A stretch of DNA of 50,859 bases from a bacterium (GTDB lineage Bacteria > UBA10199 > 2-02-FULL-44-16 > DYJF01), in NCBI GenBank assembly GCA_041739675.1, contig JBGSNL010000077.1:1-50859 (forward strand), in the 5' to 3' direction. The position numbers and the translations under genes were made by a program. Below are positions 34,182-43,745 of the stretch, piece after piece (within the stretch, counting starts at the first letter, position 1; the number at the start of each line of letters is the position of its first letter). The notes beneath the pieces were generated by a model. That model did not search any database. It had not been told where the DNA came from and saw nothing but the letters and a program-made list of their open reading frames with translations.

Positions 34182-35811
34182 CAATGTGGGCAAGCTTTGA
34201 GTTTATCCTGCGTAAATTTCCAAGGATATCCAGATGAATTGAGCTCGTGTCGAAGGCCTCTTTCAAACCCTGATGGAGCCTTGTGATGTGCGCCTGCCTC
34301 AGGCTTTGCTCCACCTCGTCGATATGTTCCTCATGGTGATGGACCCTGGTGGCAAGCTCCTCTGAGGGTTGCGTCAGAATCGAAATCGTGAGATCGAAGT
34401 TTTCTTTAACCATCTGCTGAAAATTCCTTAGATCGTGCCAACCGTCGTCGGAAAATATTCTGCGCCACTGCGCCTTTTTCTTTGCCAGCATCGCCATCTC
34501 TTTTGAGATAGTGTCCCCGATCTCTTCAAAATCCGATGTGATGGCCAGGAGCACCATCTGCGTGTGCGCCTGTTCCGCCGAGAGCTTTTCAGCGGCTATC
34601 TCCGCAAGATAAAAACGGATGGCCTTGTCGAGGATGTCGATCTTGTCGTCCTCCTCCTCCATCTTTTCGACCTCCACTATTATGTCCATGCCCCTTGAAA
34701 ACATCTTGAGGCATCCGTCGAACATCTCATAGGCAATCGACGCGATGCGGAGTATTTCACGCTTCACCTGCGCGAAGGCAAGTGCCGGCGTCTCGAGGGC
34801 CGCCTTGTCGAGATACAAGGGCTTAAACTCCTCTTCCTCGCTCTTCGGTGGTTCGGGAATGAGCTTTCTGACAAAACCGACCAGCGGGCCAATGAGCGGG
34901 AGGATGAGCAGAGCCAAAGCAACGTTGAAAAAAACGTGAGTCAGGGCGATTTTTCCAGCGACCCCGGTATTGAGAACGGAGAGGAGGCCGGACATTTTTG
35001 CGCTTACAATATCAATAAAGCGGCCTATCTGAGGGATGAACGGAAAAGCGACGATCACACCTATGACCTTCGCAAGGGTGTGGGCCGCAGCGACACGCTT
35101 GCCCTCCGTCTTGGACCCCAGGCCGGCAAGGATCGCGGTGACGCACGTGCCGACGTTGGCGCCGAGCACAAGGGGTATCGACGCCTCAAAACTTATCGTG
35201 CCGGCAAAGGCCAGCGCTATGGCGATGCCTATCATGCCTGCCGAATGGACCGCCGCGGCGATGATTGTCGCCATTACAAGACTGGCAAACGGGTGCGAGG
35301 CAAGGTACGCAAATATCTGAAAGGCCATGGGATCATTTTTCAGCGGCTCGGCTGCAGCCACCATGAGCTGCATCCCGTAAAAAATGAGACCGAAACTCAT
35401 TAAGATCGACCCGATGGACCTGGTCTTTCTTTGACGCGCGATCATTTCGAGGAAAAAACCTGCGGCAACTATCACGAGCGACATGGAGGCGATCCGGTGA
35501 ATGGACAAAAGGATGACGACAAACGTTGTTCCGAAATCCGCACCGAGAAGAATCGCGATAGCCTGGCTCAGCGTGATGAGGCGCGTGTCCGCAAAACTTA
35601 TGAGCATGACGCTCGTGGCGCCGGAACTCTGCAAAATCACGGTGACAAGGGTTCCGAGTCCGAACGCCTTCATACGGTTGTCGGTTATTTTTCCAAGGGC
35701 CGCGCGGATACGATCGCCGACAATGAGCTGCAACCCTTTCTTTGCGCCGGAAAGGCCGAAAAAGAAGAAGGCAACGCCACCAATGAGAACGGACCAGCTG
35801 AAGGATTCCAT
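34150..35811 (-). CDS. Na/Pi cotransporter family protein with C-terminal PhoU domains
   Basis: ILQSSGAT, LGADFGTT and LGANVGT motifs; helical E..DD.ID / D.E.IGD PhoU-like tail. Start MESF at 35811. Confidence 0.9.
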   Translation of the reverse strand: MESFSWSVLIGGVAFFFFGLSGAKKGLQLIVGDRIRAALGKITDNRMKAFGLGTLVTVILQSSGATSVMLISFADTRLITLSQAIAILLGADFGTTFVVILLSIHRIASMSLVIVAAGFFLEMIARQRKTRSIGSILMSFGLIFYGMQLMVAAAEPLKNDPMAFQIFAYLASHPFASLVMATIIAAAVHSAGMIGIAIALAFAGTISFEASIPLVLGANVGTCVTAILAGLGSKTEGKRVAAAHTLAKVIGVIVAFPFIPQIGRFIDIVSAKMSGLLSVLNTGVAGKIALTHVFFNVALALLILPLIGPLVGFVRKLIPEPPKSEEEEFKPLYLDKAALETPALAFAQVKREILRIASIAYEMFDGCLKMFSRGMDIIVEVEKMEEEDDKIDILDKAIRFYLAEIAAEKLSAEQAHTQMVLLAITSDFEEIGDTISKEMAMLAKKKAQWRRIFSDDGWHDLRNFQQMVKENFDLTISILTQPSEELATRVHHHEEHIDEVEQSLRQAHITRLHQGLKEAFDTSSIHLDILGNLRRINSKLAHIVRMAVSSAAK

Positions 35812-35827
35812 AACTAGGCTATCGCAA

Positions 35828-38800
35828 CTAGGCAACTGCTGCTTCGGGTTCTTGGGCTCCCTGGTTCAACCTGATGGAGACCATCTTGGAGACGCCGGCC
35901 TCCTCCATTGTTACACCGTAGAGCACATCCGCAAGTTCCATCGTGCGTTTGTTGTGAGTGATCAAAACAAACTGCGAATGCGGAGTCATGGCGCGGATCA
36001 TGTTGTTGAAGCGGTCCACGTTGGCATCGTCAAGCGGCGCGTCCACTTCGTCCAGGAGACAGAAAGGAGCGGGCTTTGTGAGGAATATTGAGAATATGAA
36101 TGCGATTGCCGTGAGCGCCTTCTCGCCGCCCGAAAGGAGCGTGATCGACTGAAGGCGTTTTCCCGGCGGCTGCGCGACGATCTCCACTCCGCTCTCCAGA
36201 AGATTTTCCTCGTCCGTCAGCATGAGCCTCGCCTTGCCGCCCTGGAAGAGTTTTGGGAAGAGTCCCTGGAATTTTGCGTCGACGTCTTCGAACGCATCTT
36301 TGAAACGCTGGCGGGAAATCCTATTTATCTTCGATATCGCCTGCTTTAGCGTTTCGATTGAAGTTGTGAGATCTGCGTGTTGACGGCTCATGAACTGGTG
36401 GCGCTCGAAGAGTTCCTCATATTCCTTGATGGCGTCCGTGTTGACCTGACCCATCGATTCGATTTTTTCTTTGAGGGAGGCCACCGCCTGATCTTCCGTT
36501 TCGATATTAAGTTCCATGGAGATGGAATTCTTGTCGATCAGGGAGAGTTCTATTCTGTAGCGCTCTCTTATTCCCTCGACCAGATATTTCACCTTTTCCC
36601 GGAGCTCTGTGAGCTTTATCGCCGCCTCGTGCGACAGGTTCAGCGCCTCTTCGCGCCGCTGCCTCAGTTCGCGGATCGAAAGTTCTTTCGTGCGTATATC
36701 CTGCGTTGAAAGCTGATAGCGCTCCTGCGCTGATTGCTGCGACATCGTGAGTTTTTCGATGGAACGGCCCGCGACGTTTAAGGCCTCTTTTCTCTCTTCG
36801 ACGTCACGCCTCAGCGTCACGACGCGCTGATTGCCGGAGGTCATCTCGTCTTCTCTTTTGCCGATATCCAGAAGAAGTTCCGATTTGGAAGTGATGAGAC
36901 GCTCGATCTCTCGGCTGACCGACGATTGGCGTTCCTCTGCCTGAGCTAGTGAAACTTTCAGATCTACGAGGCGCTTTTCGCGCTCGGACAGATCTTTTAC
37001 GAAATCACTGACCTGGCGCACAACCTCGTCTAACGCGCTTTGAGTCTGTCTCTGATCCGCGGCCACCTGTTCCAGACGCAGCGTCGTGGACGTGCGCTCG
37101 CGATCGATCTCGCGCGCCTCTTCATTGAGCGCCGCCGTCTCGACAACCAGCCTGTCATGATCGCCGTCGAGTCTTGAGAGTTCGTCTTTCAGGCCGCCGA
37201 AATCCCTCTCCTCGCCGACGAATTTGATCTCAAGATTGTGTACGTCGCGATCCATCCCCTCTATCTCTTCCTCAAGGGCCTTGACCTGATCGGAAAGTCT
37301 GCGCGCATCGGCTTCGGATTTTAAAAGTTCATGCTCGCGCGCTTCAACCTCTTCTTTGAGCTCCTTGATTCTTCTCTTCTGCGCGATGAGCCCGGAATCG
37401 GCGTCGCCGCCCATGCCGCCGGTGATGACGCCTGAAGGATCGACAACCTCGCCCGACAGCGTGACGAACGTGTGGCCGCCTTCGCTTGCTTCCCAGTGCC
37501 GCAGCGCCGACCTGATATCGTCGACCAGCACAACATCGCTCATGAGATATCGCACGACCTGCTTGTAATCATCAGCGAAGCGGACCTTATCGACCAATGT
37601 GCCTATTATCCCCTCGCCTTCGAAAGTCTTTGATTCCCCCGAGCCGGCGCGCACCGCAAGAGGTATGAACGAGCTTCTGCCCTTCGCCGCCTGCTTCAGA
37701 TAATCGATCGCCTCGACGCCTTCATTGTGCGATTCAACAACGACATACTGAAGCCTGTCGCCCAAAACCGCCGAAAGCGCGATTTCATAAGGCGGATCCG
37801 TTTCCAGAATTTCGCCAACCGTGCCGACTATTCCTTTCAGACTTTCCGTCGCCTCTTTCGACCGGAGGATGACGCTCTTGACGCCGTCGCGATAGCCGTC
37901 GAGGTTCTTTCTCATCTCTTCGATGGATTCAAGGCGGCTCTGCGCGGCGTGCTGCCGGCCGCGAAGCTCCCTTAAATTCTGTTCCACAAGGACAAGATCG
38001 CTTCTCCCCTTCATCAGGGCATCGCGCTTGCCGGTCATCTCGGCAGAGAGTTTGGATCTTAATTCCTGCAGACCGCCCAATCTGCTGTCGCCTTCTTTTA
38101 TCTGTTCTGAAATCTGCTGACGGCGCCTGTCTATTGAATCGATCTCCGACTGATCCTTTGCGATTCTTCCAGTGATTTCGACGACGCGTCTTTCAAGGTG
38201 ATCCAGCTTGGCCTTGAGTTCCGAGGTCGCCGCCGTGTCGGCGAATATCTGTCTGCGCCTCTCTTCCGCCTCTTCGTTCAATTTGAGCTGATCGCTTCTC
38301 AAGCGGTTCACTTCCTCTTCAAGAAGAGAAACCGCTTCCGTCAGAGACGCGAGCGCGCAATCGGCGTCCACTTTTTCCTGATTGGCACTTTCAAGTCTTT
38401 CCGCGTGCGTATTGAGACGTTCCTTCAAACCTTCAAGCTCCTGATTCAAAGAGACGCTCTTTGCAACAAGGCCGTCCGCCTCTTTCGTGTTGTGCTCTAT
38501 CGCCGCTTCGTCCAACTTGATCGACTGATTGACCGAATAGAGCTCCTCCTGAATTGACTCAAGCTCGCGCTCAAGCTCGGCGATCGACATCTTCCGCGTT
38601 TCGATGTCCGCCTCGTGGCCGGAAAGTTCCGCCGACAATGAAACCTCCGCCTCGGCGCGAACGCGGCTGTCGGTCTCAAGCGTATCAAGATCTTTCGAGA
38701 GCTGGTTGTATTTGTATGCCGCGAGCGATACTTCGCGCTCCTTGAGCTCAAGAGCCACGCGCTGATAACGTTCCGCCTTCTTCGCCTGGCGATTGAGTGA

Positions 38801-39418
38801 ATTTATCTGTCTGGAAAGTTCGGCCAAAATATCGTTGAGGCGCAAGAGATTTGCCTGAGTCGATTCGATTTTTCTAAGCGCCGCTTCTTTTCTTGATTTG
38901 AATTTCGAAATGCCCGCGGCCTCTTCGATGAGCACGCGGCGCTCGAGAGGTTTTGCAGAGATGACCATGCCGATCATTCCCTGCTCAACAATCGAGTACG
39001 CCTTGCTGCCGACACCGGTGTCCAAAAAGAGATCTACGATGTCCTTCAGGCGGCAGGGAGATTTGTTGATGTAATATTCGCTTTCGCCGGAGCGGTAAAG
39101 TCTGCGGCCTATTTCTATTTCAGAGAGTCCCGAATATTCTGCCGGCGCGCGGCCGTCGCTGTTGTCGAACGTCAGAAAAACCTGCGCCATGTTTATGGGA
39201 TCGCGCGACTGACAGCCTGAGAAGATGACGTCTTCCATCTGGCCGCCGCGTAAGTGTTTTGCGGACTGTTCGCCCATCACCCATCTGATCGCATCGACGA
39301 TGTTTGATTTCCCGCAACCGTTGGGGCCCACAACACCTGTGATGCCCTCTTCAAAATTGACGAGGGTGCGATCGACGAACGATTTAAAGCCGATTATCTC
39401 CAGGAATTTTAGGCGCAT
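35828..39418 (-). CDS. smc: Chromosome segregation protein SMC
   Basis: GFKSF, GPNGCGKSN, coiled coils, hinge (G....SG.ITGG), LSGGEK and LDEVDAPLD motifs. Confidence 0.98.
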   Translation of the reverse strand: MRLKFLEIIGFKSFVDRTLVNFEEGITGVVGPNGCGKSNIVDAIRWVMGEQSAKHLRGGQMEDVIFSGCQSRDPINMAQVFLTFDNSDGRAPAEYSGLSEIEIGRRLYRSGESEYYINKSPCRLKDIVDLFLDTGVGSKAYSIVEQGMIGMVISAKPLERRVLIEEAAGISKFKSRKEAALRKIESTQANLLRLNDILAELSRQINSLNRQAKKAERYQRVALELKEREVSLAAYKYNQLSKDLDTLETDSRVRAEAEVSLSAELSGHEADIETRKMSIAELERELESIQEELYSVNQSIKLDEAAIEHNTKEADGLVAKSVSLNQELEGLKERLNTHAERLESANQEKVDADCALASLTEAVSLLEEEVNRLRSDQLKLNEEAEERRRQIFADTAATSELKAKLDHLERRVVEITGRIAKDQSEIDSIDRRRQQISEQIKEGDSRLGGLQELRSKLSAEMTGKRDALMKGRSDLVLVEQNLRELRGRQHAAQSRLESIEEMRKNLDGYRDGVKSVILRSKEATESLKGIVGTVGEILETDPPYEIALSAVLGDRLQYVVVESHNEGVEAIDYLKQAAKGRSSFIPLAVRAGSGESKTFEGEGIIGTLVDKVRFADDYKQVVRYLMSDVVLVDDIRSALRHWEASEGGHTFVTLSGEVVDPSGVITGGMGGDADSGLIAQKRRIKELKEEVEAREHELLKSEADARRLSDQVKALEEEIEGMDRDVHNLEIKFVGEERDFGGLKDELSRLDGDHDRLVVETAALNEEAREIDRERTSTTLRLEQVAADQRQTQSALDEVVRQVSDFVKDLSEREKRLVDLKVSLAQAEERQSSVSREIERLITSKSELLLDIGKREDEMTSGNQRVVTLRRDVEERKEALNVAGRSIEKLTMSQQSAQERYQLSTQDIRTKELSIRELRQRREEALNLSHEAAIKLTELREKVKYLVEGIRERYRIELSLIDKNSISMELNIETEDQAVASLKEKIESMGQVNTDAIKEYEELFERHQFMSRQHADLTTSIETLKQAISKINRISRQRFKDAFEDVDAKFQGLFPKLFQGGKARLMLTDEENLLESGVEIVAQPPGKRLQSITLLSGGEKALTAIAFIFSIFLTKPAPFCLLDEVDAPLDDANVDRFNNMIRAMTPHSQFVLITHNKRTMELADVLYGVTMEEAGVSKMVSIRLNQGAQEPEAAVA

Positions 39419-39442
39419 TTGGGATTTCTCTCGCTATTATAA

Positions 39443-39469
39443 TTATCGGCAGGTTTTTCAAATGGTTGC
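39443..39469 (-). promoter_or_regulatory. Sigma28-like promoter motif, copy 2 (smc)
   Basis: GCAAC-14 nt-GCCGATAA, 24 nt before the smc ATG; the -10 matches the FliA consensus perfectly. Confidence 0.55.
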
Positions 39470-39562
39470 TAATCTTTTTAACCCTTCGAACCCCCTGAAA
39501 TTTTTGGGGATTTTAGCATATAGGGGTCGCAATGGCAATTAAAAAACCCCCTTCATAGAGAC

Positions 39563-39602
39563 AAAAAGGGGACGTTCCTTGGTTTGCTAAAGAAACGTCC
39601 CC
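39563..39602 (-). terminator. Intrinsic terminator of the cold-shock gene
   Basis: Minus strand GGGGACGTT...AACGTCCCC stem followed by T5. Confidence 0.85.
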
Positions 39603-39620
39603 CAGGGTTTTTGGAATCTT

Positions 39621-39824
39621 TTACAGCTTCACCACATTGCTGGCCTGCTTGCCCTTGGGACCGGTCGTGACTTCAAACTCAACAGCGTCGCCTTCCTTAA
39701 GGGACTTGAATCCCTCGCCCTGAATCGCGCTGTGATGGACAAATACATCATCTCCGCCGTCGTCCGGTGTGATAAAACCAAAACCCTTTGTGTCTGAAAA
39801 CCACTTCACTTTGCCCTTCGCCAT
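39621..39824 (-). CDS. csp: Cold-shock protein (CspA family)
   Basis: GKVKWF, KGFGFI (RNP1), DVFVH (RNP2) and GPKG.QA.NV motifs. Confidence 0.97.
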   Translation of the reverse strand: MAKGKVKWFSDTKGFGFITPDDGGDDVFVHHSAIQGEGFKSLKEGDAVEFEVTTGPKGKQASNVVKL

Positions 39825-40001
39825 CTTTCCACCTTACCTTTCCGATCGCAACCACTTGCGATCCAACTGATTTCTAGGGGCCATTTATGCGATTTCAAAT
39901 TCGACTTCAAGAAAAAAGTTGGGTCCTCCGAAAAGGTTGACAAAAAAGCCAGAAGCGATAGGAAACCGGCACTTGGCATAAAAACAGCAACGGAGGTGAA
40001 T

Positions 40002-41300
40002 ATGGGACTTTTTGCCGAACGTGTCGAACGCCTTGACACGGAAAACGCGTTCAAGGTGGGCCCCTACATCAGGATGGTTGAGGAGGCGGGCCACAAGGTG
40101 ATCAAGTGCAATTTAGGCGAACCCGATTTCCCCGTTCCGGAACACATCAAGACGGAGGTCAAGCGTCAGCTCGATCTCGACAACACGCACTACGTCGACC
40201 CGCAAGGCCTCCCCACCTTCAGAGAAGCAATCGCAAAACAGATAAGTGAAACGAGAAAAATAAAAGTGACGCCGGACCGCGTCGTCGTATTCCCCGGCGC
40301 AAAACCGCCGATAGGCCTGTGTCAGCAGACATACACAAATCCCGGCGACGAGATCATCTATCCTTCTCCCGGATTTGCGATCTACGAATCGTTCACGAGA
40401 TATGTGGAAGCGAAGCCGGTTCCGCTTCATCTGAAAGAAGAAGATGATTTCAGCTTCACAGGAAAAGAACTGGAGCCGCTCATCACGGGTAAGACAAAGC
40501 TCATCTACGTGTGCTTCCCCTCCAATCCGACCGGCGGCGTTGCGACAGAAGATCAGCTAAAGGATATCGCATCGGTGATCAAAAAGAAGTGCGGCGAGAA
40601 TGTCCGCGTCTATGCCGACGAAGTGTATGAAAATATCCTCTTCGACGGATGCAAGCACCATTCGATAGCCTCGATTCCGGGCATGGAAAAAAACACGATC
40701 ATCGTTTCGGGCGCATCGAAATCGTTCTCATGGACCGGCGGACGCATCGGCTGGGCGGTCTTCCCCACCGTGGAAGAGGCGCAGGTCTTCAAGAATTTGA
40801 ACATCAACTACTTCTCATGCATTCCGGGATACAACCAGATGGGAGCGAAAGTGGCGCTCGAATCTCCCGAGAGCCCGAAGGCAATCGCGAAGATGGTGGA
40901 GGCCTTCAAGGAGAGGCGCGATGTCGTCGTGAAGGGTTTGAATTCGATTCCCGGCATCACCTGCAAGAATCCCAAGGGCGCGTTTTACGTATTTCCGAAT
41001 GTGGTCGGCGTCTGCAAGAACTTGGGCGCGCTGGACGCGTTCGAATCCATGCCGAGAGAGATCCGCGCAAAGACGTCGCCTTCCACGCTTCTGCAGATGT
41101 TTTTGCTCTTCGAATATCACGTCGCAACGATGGATAGAAAATCGTTCTGCAGGATCGGAACCGAGAATATGCATTTCCTCCGAATCTCGATTGCAACAGG
41201 CATCGACGATCTCAAGGAAGCGGTGGCCCGCATTGATAAGGCGACACAGGACAAGAGTGGTTTTGCGGCGTTCATAAAAAAAGGTGAGCATTTATATTAA
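40002..41300 (+). CDS. PLP-dependent aminotransferase class I/II (aspartate aminotransferase-like)
   Basis: LGEPDF, PSNPTG, DEVYE, SKSFSWTGGRIG and PKGAFY.FP motifs. ATG 40002 follows GGAGGT. Confidence 0.9.
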   Translation: MGLFAERVERLDTENAFKVGPYIRMVEEAGHKVIKCNLGEPDFPVPEHIKTEVKRQLDLDNTHYVDPQGLPTFREAIAKQISETRKIKVTPDRVVVFPGAKPPIGLCQQTYTNPGDEIIYPSPGFAIYESFTRYVEAKPVPLHLKEEDDFSFTGKELEPLITGKTKLIYVCFPSNPTGGVATEDQLKDIASVIKKKCGENVRVYADEVYENILFDGCKHHSIASIPGMEKNTIIVSGASKSFSWTGGRIGWAVFPTVEEAQVFKNLNINYFSCIPGYNQMGAKVALESPESPKAIAKMVEAFKERRDVVVKGLNSIPGITCKNPKGAFYVFPNVVGVCKNLGALDAFESMPREIRAKTSPSTLLQMFLLFEYHVATMDRKSFCRIGTENMHFLRISIATGIDDLKEAVARIDKATQDKSGFAAFIKKGEHLY

Positions 41301-41303
41301 AGT

Positions 41304-41363
41304 TGTCATTCCTCGCTGCGCTCCGAATCCCATGGGATCCTTCGGCTACGCCTCAGGATGACA
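41304..41363. repeat. REP/RPE-like palindromic element
   Basis: TGTCAT...ATGACA termini, central ATCCCATGGGAT palindrome and a GATCCTTCGG...CTCAGGATGACA right arm. Confidence 0.7.
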
Positions 41364-41376
41364 TACAGGAGGCAAA

Positions 41377-43743
41377 ATGAATTTCGGCCCGAGACGCGCT
41401 GTCTTCATTAACATAGAAGATGAGATCAAAAAGGGCACCGTCAAGACCGCGCCGCAAAGCGAAATAGATAATTTCGAAACGCACAATCTCATCTACCGCT
41501 CCCTTTGCGCGATCATGTACAACTACGTTCCTGGCAGCGGACATCCCGGCGGCTCCATCTCGTCCGGACGGTTCGTCGAATCGATCATCTACAATTCGAT
41601 GGACTATGATTTTTCAAACCCGGATGCGCCCGATGCCGACATCATCTCGTATGCCGCGGGCCATAAGGCGCTGGGTCTCTACGCGATGTGGGCCCTAAGA
41701 AATGAAGTTGCGCGCATCGGAAATCCGTCGCTTCTCCCGAAAGATATAAAATACCAATTGAGACTCGAAGATCTTCTGGGATTCAGGAGAAATCCGACGA
41801 CGACAACGCCTCTTTTCAAAGAACACAAGGCAAAACCGCTGGACGGCCATCCCACTCCCGCAACTCCTTTTGTCAAATTGTCGACTGGCGCATCTGGCGT
41901 GGGCATCGCCACGTCCTTCGGTCTGGCGCTTGGGGCAATCGATACCTACCGCGACAATCCGCCGCATGTTCACGTGGTGGAAGGCGAAGGCGGAATGACG
42001 CCCGGGCGCGTGTGCGAATCGTTTGCCGCCGCAGGAACGATGGGCCTTTCAAATCTCGTTTTGCACGTGGACTGGAACCAGGCCTCGATAGATTCGAACC
42101 GCGTCTGCCGCGAAGACGGCAAGCCGGGCGATTACGTTCAGTGGGATCCCGTGGAATTTTGTTATCTCCACGACTTCAACGTCATCCTCGTTCCCGACGG
42201 GCTCAGTTACGCACAGATATTCGCCGCCCAGCAGAAGGCGTTATCGCTCAAAAACGGCCAGCCGACCGCCATCATCTATAAGACGATCAAGGGATGGAAA
42301 TACGGAATCGAAGGCAAGGCCTCGCACGGCGCGGGCCACAAGCTCTGTTCCGACGGCTTCTTCGCCGCGCTTGAACCACTTCTCATGGAGATGAAGGGTG
42401 CCGTTCCCAGATGCGATGCAAACACTATGCGTTGCGGATCGGGCACGAATCCCGTTGAGGTGGAGGCGTGCTATTGGGAGGCTTTGAAAGTCGTCAGGTG
42501 TTCTCTTGAAAGCAGAAAGAACGTCACTGAAACCTTGAGCAACAAACTTACAGACTCTAAGAGAAGATTGGCTGAGCGCAAGCGTGCCCCCCGCGCAAAC
42601 GGACCCAAACTTCAAGTCCTCTATGACCGGACAAAATTCGACGCCAAAAATCCTCCGGCGGAGTTCCAGTTTAAGGATGGCGCGTCCACAACGCTCAGAG
42701 GCGTCCTGGGCGACGTTCTCAACTACTATAATAAGCAGACAGGCGGCGCATTTTTGTCAGCAGCCGCGGATCTTCTGGGATCGACATCCGTCACCAATAT
42801 CGCAAAGGGATTTCCAGAAGGGTATTTCAATTCGAAGACCAACCCCGACGCCAGGCTCCTCTCGGTCGGCGGAATCTGCGAGGATGCGATAAGCGGCGTG
42901 TTGGCGGGGCTCTCGACCTACGGACATCACATCGGCGTCGGCTCGTCTTACGGCGCTTTCATCGCGGCGCTGGGGCACATCGCATCAAGGCTCCACGGCA
43001 TCGGGAATCAGGCGCGCCAGGCGATCGTTCCGGGCGAACCTTATAAGACATTTGTTTTGATATGCGCGCACGCTGGTCTGAAAACAGGCGAGGACGGGCC
43101 CACGCACGCGGACCCACAGGCGCTTCAGCTCATGCAGGAAAATTTCCCGGGGAACGTAATGATCACGCTCACGCCCTGGGACCCGCAGGAGATCTGGCCG
43201 CTTGTAACAACTTCGCTTCAACTGCGGCCGGCAGTTTTGGCGCCGTTCGTCACGCGTCCGAATGAAAAGACATACGACCGCGCAAAGCTGAAACTCTTAC
43301 CTGCAACTGACTGCACAACGGGAGTCTATGCGCTACGGCGTGCCGATCCGAAATCGAAATGCGACGGGACGATCGTTCTTCAGGAGAGCGGAGTTACATA
43401 CGCGTTCATCGAGCATGCTCTTCCCAAGTTGGATAAGGACGGATTCAATCTCAACATATTCTATGTGGCGTCGGCAGAGCTCTTCGACCGTCTTTCGGCT
43501 TCCGAACGCGAAAAGATCTATCCCGAATCGCTTGCAAGAGAGGCGATGGGCATCACGGGCTTCACGTATCCAACGATGTACCGCTTCGTCACCTCCGAGC
43601 GCGGAAGAAAAGCGACGCTCCATCCCTTCCAGAAGGGCCATTATCTTGGAAGCGGCCAGGCGATCAAAGTGTTGGAAGAGGCGGGCCTGGACGGCGAATC
43701 GCAATACAAGGCGATCGTGAAATACATAAAGGAAGGTAAATAA
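41377..43743 (+). CDS. tkt: Transketolase-like ThDP enzyme (long, atypical)
   Basis: SGHPGGS, GH.A..LY, LDGHP, STG..G.G, HGA, GICED and GEDGPTH motifs. The ThDP motif reads GEG...N instead of GDG...N. Confidence 0.8.
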   Translation: MNFGPRRAVFINIEDEIKKGTVKTAPQSEIDNFETHNLIYRSLCAIMYNYVPGSGHPGGSISSGRFVESIIYNSMDYDFSNPDAPDADIISYAAGHKALGLYAMWALRNEVARIGNPSLLPKDIKYQLRLEDLLGFRRNPTTTTPLFKEHKAKPLDGHPTPATPFVKLSTGASGVGIATSFGLALGAIDTYRDNPPHVHVVEGEGGMTPGRVCESFAAAGTMGLSNLVLHVDWNQASIDSNRVCREDGKPGDYVQWDPVEFCYLHDFNVILVPDGLSYAQIFAAQQKALSLKNGQPTAIIYKTIKGWKYGIEGKASHGAGHKLCSDGFFAALEPLLMEMKGAVPRCDANTMRCGSGTNPVEVEACYWEALKVVRCSLESRKNVTETLSNKLTDSKRRLAERKRAPRANGPKLQVLYDRTKFDAKNPPAEFQFKDGASTTLRGVLGDVLNYYNKQTGGAFLSAAADLLGSTSVTNIAKGFPEGYFNSKTNPDARLLSVGGICEDAISGVLAGLSTYGHHIGVGSSYGAFIAALGHIASRLHGIGNQARQAIVPGEPYKTFVLICAHAGLKTGEDGPTHADPQALQLMQENFPGNVMITLTPWDPQEIWPLVTTSLQLRPAVLAPFVTRPNEKTYDRAKLKLLPATDCTTGVYALRRADPKSKCDGTIVLQESGVTYAFIEHALPKLDKDGFNLNIFYVASAELFDRLSASEREKIYPESLAREAMGITGFTYPTMYRFVTSERGRKATLHPFQKGHYLGSGQAIKVLEEAGLDGESQYKAIVKYIKEGK

Positions 43744-43745
43744 CC

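Noticed and set aside
35812..35833. 8-nt direct repeat AACTAGGC at the smc stop
   Set aside because: Only 6 nt apart with no element between; not enough to call a target-site duplication.
35828..39418. SMC as a Wadjet/Mks-type defence system
   Set aside because: Canonical hinge-containing SMC with no jetABD-like neighbours.
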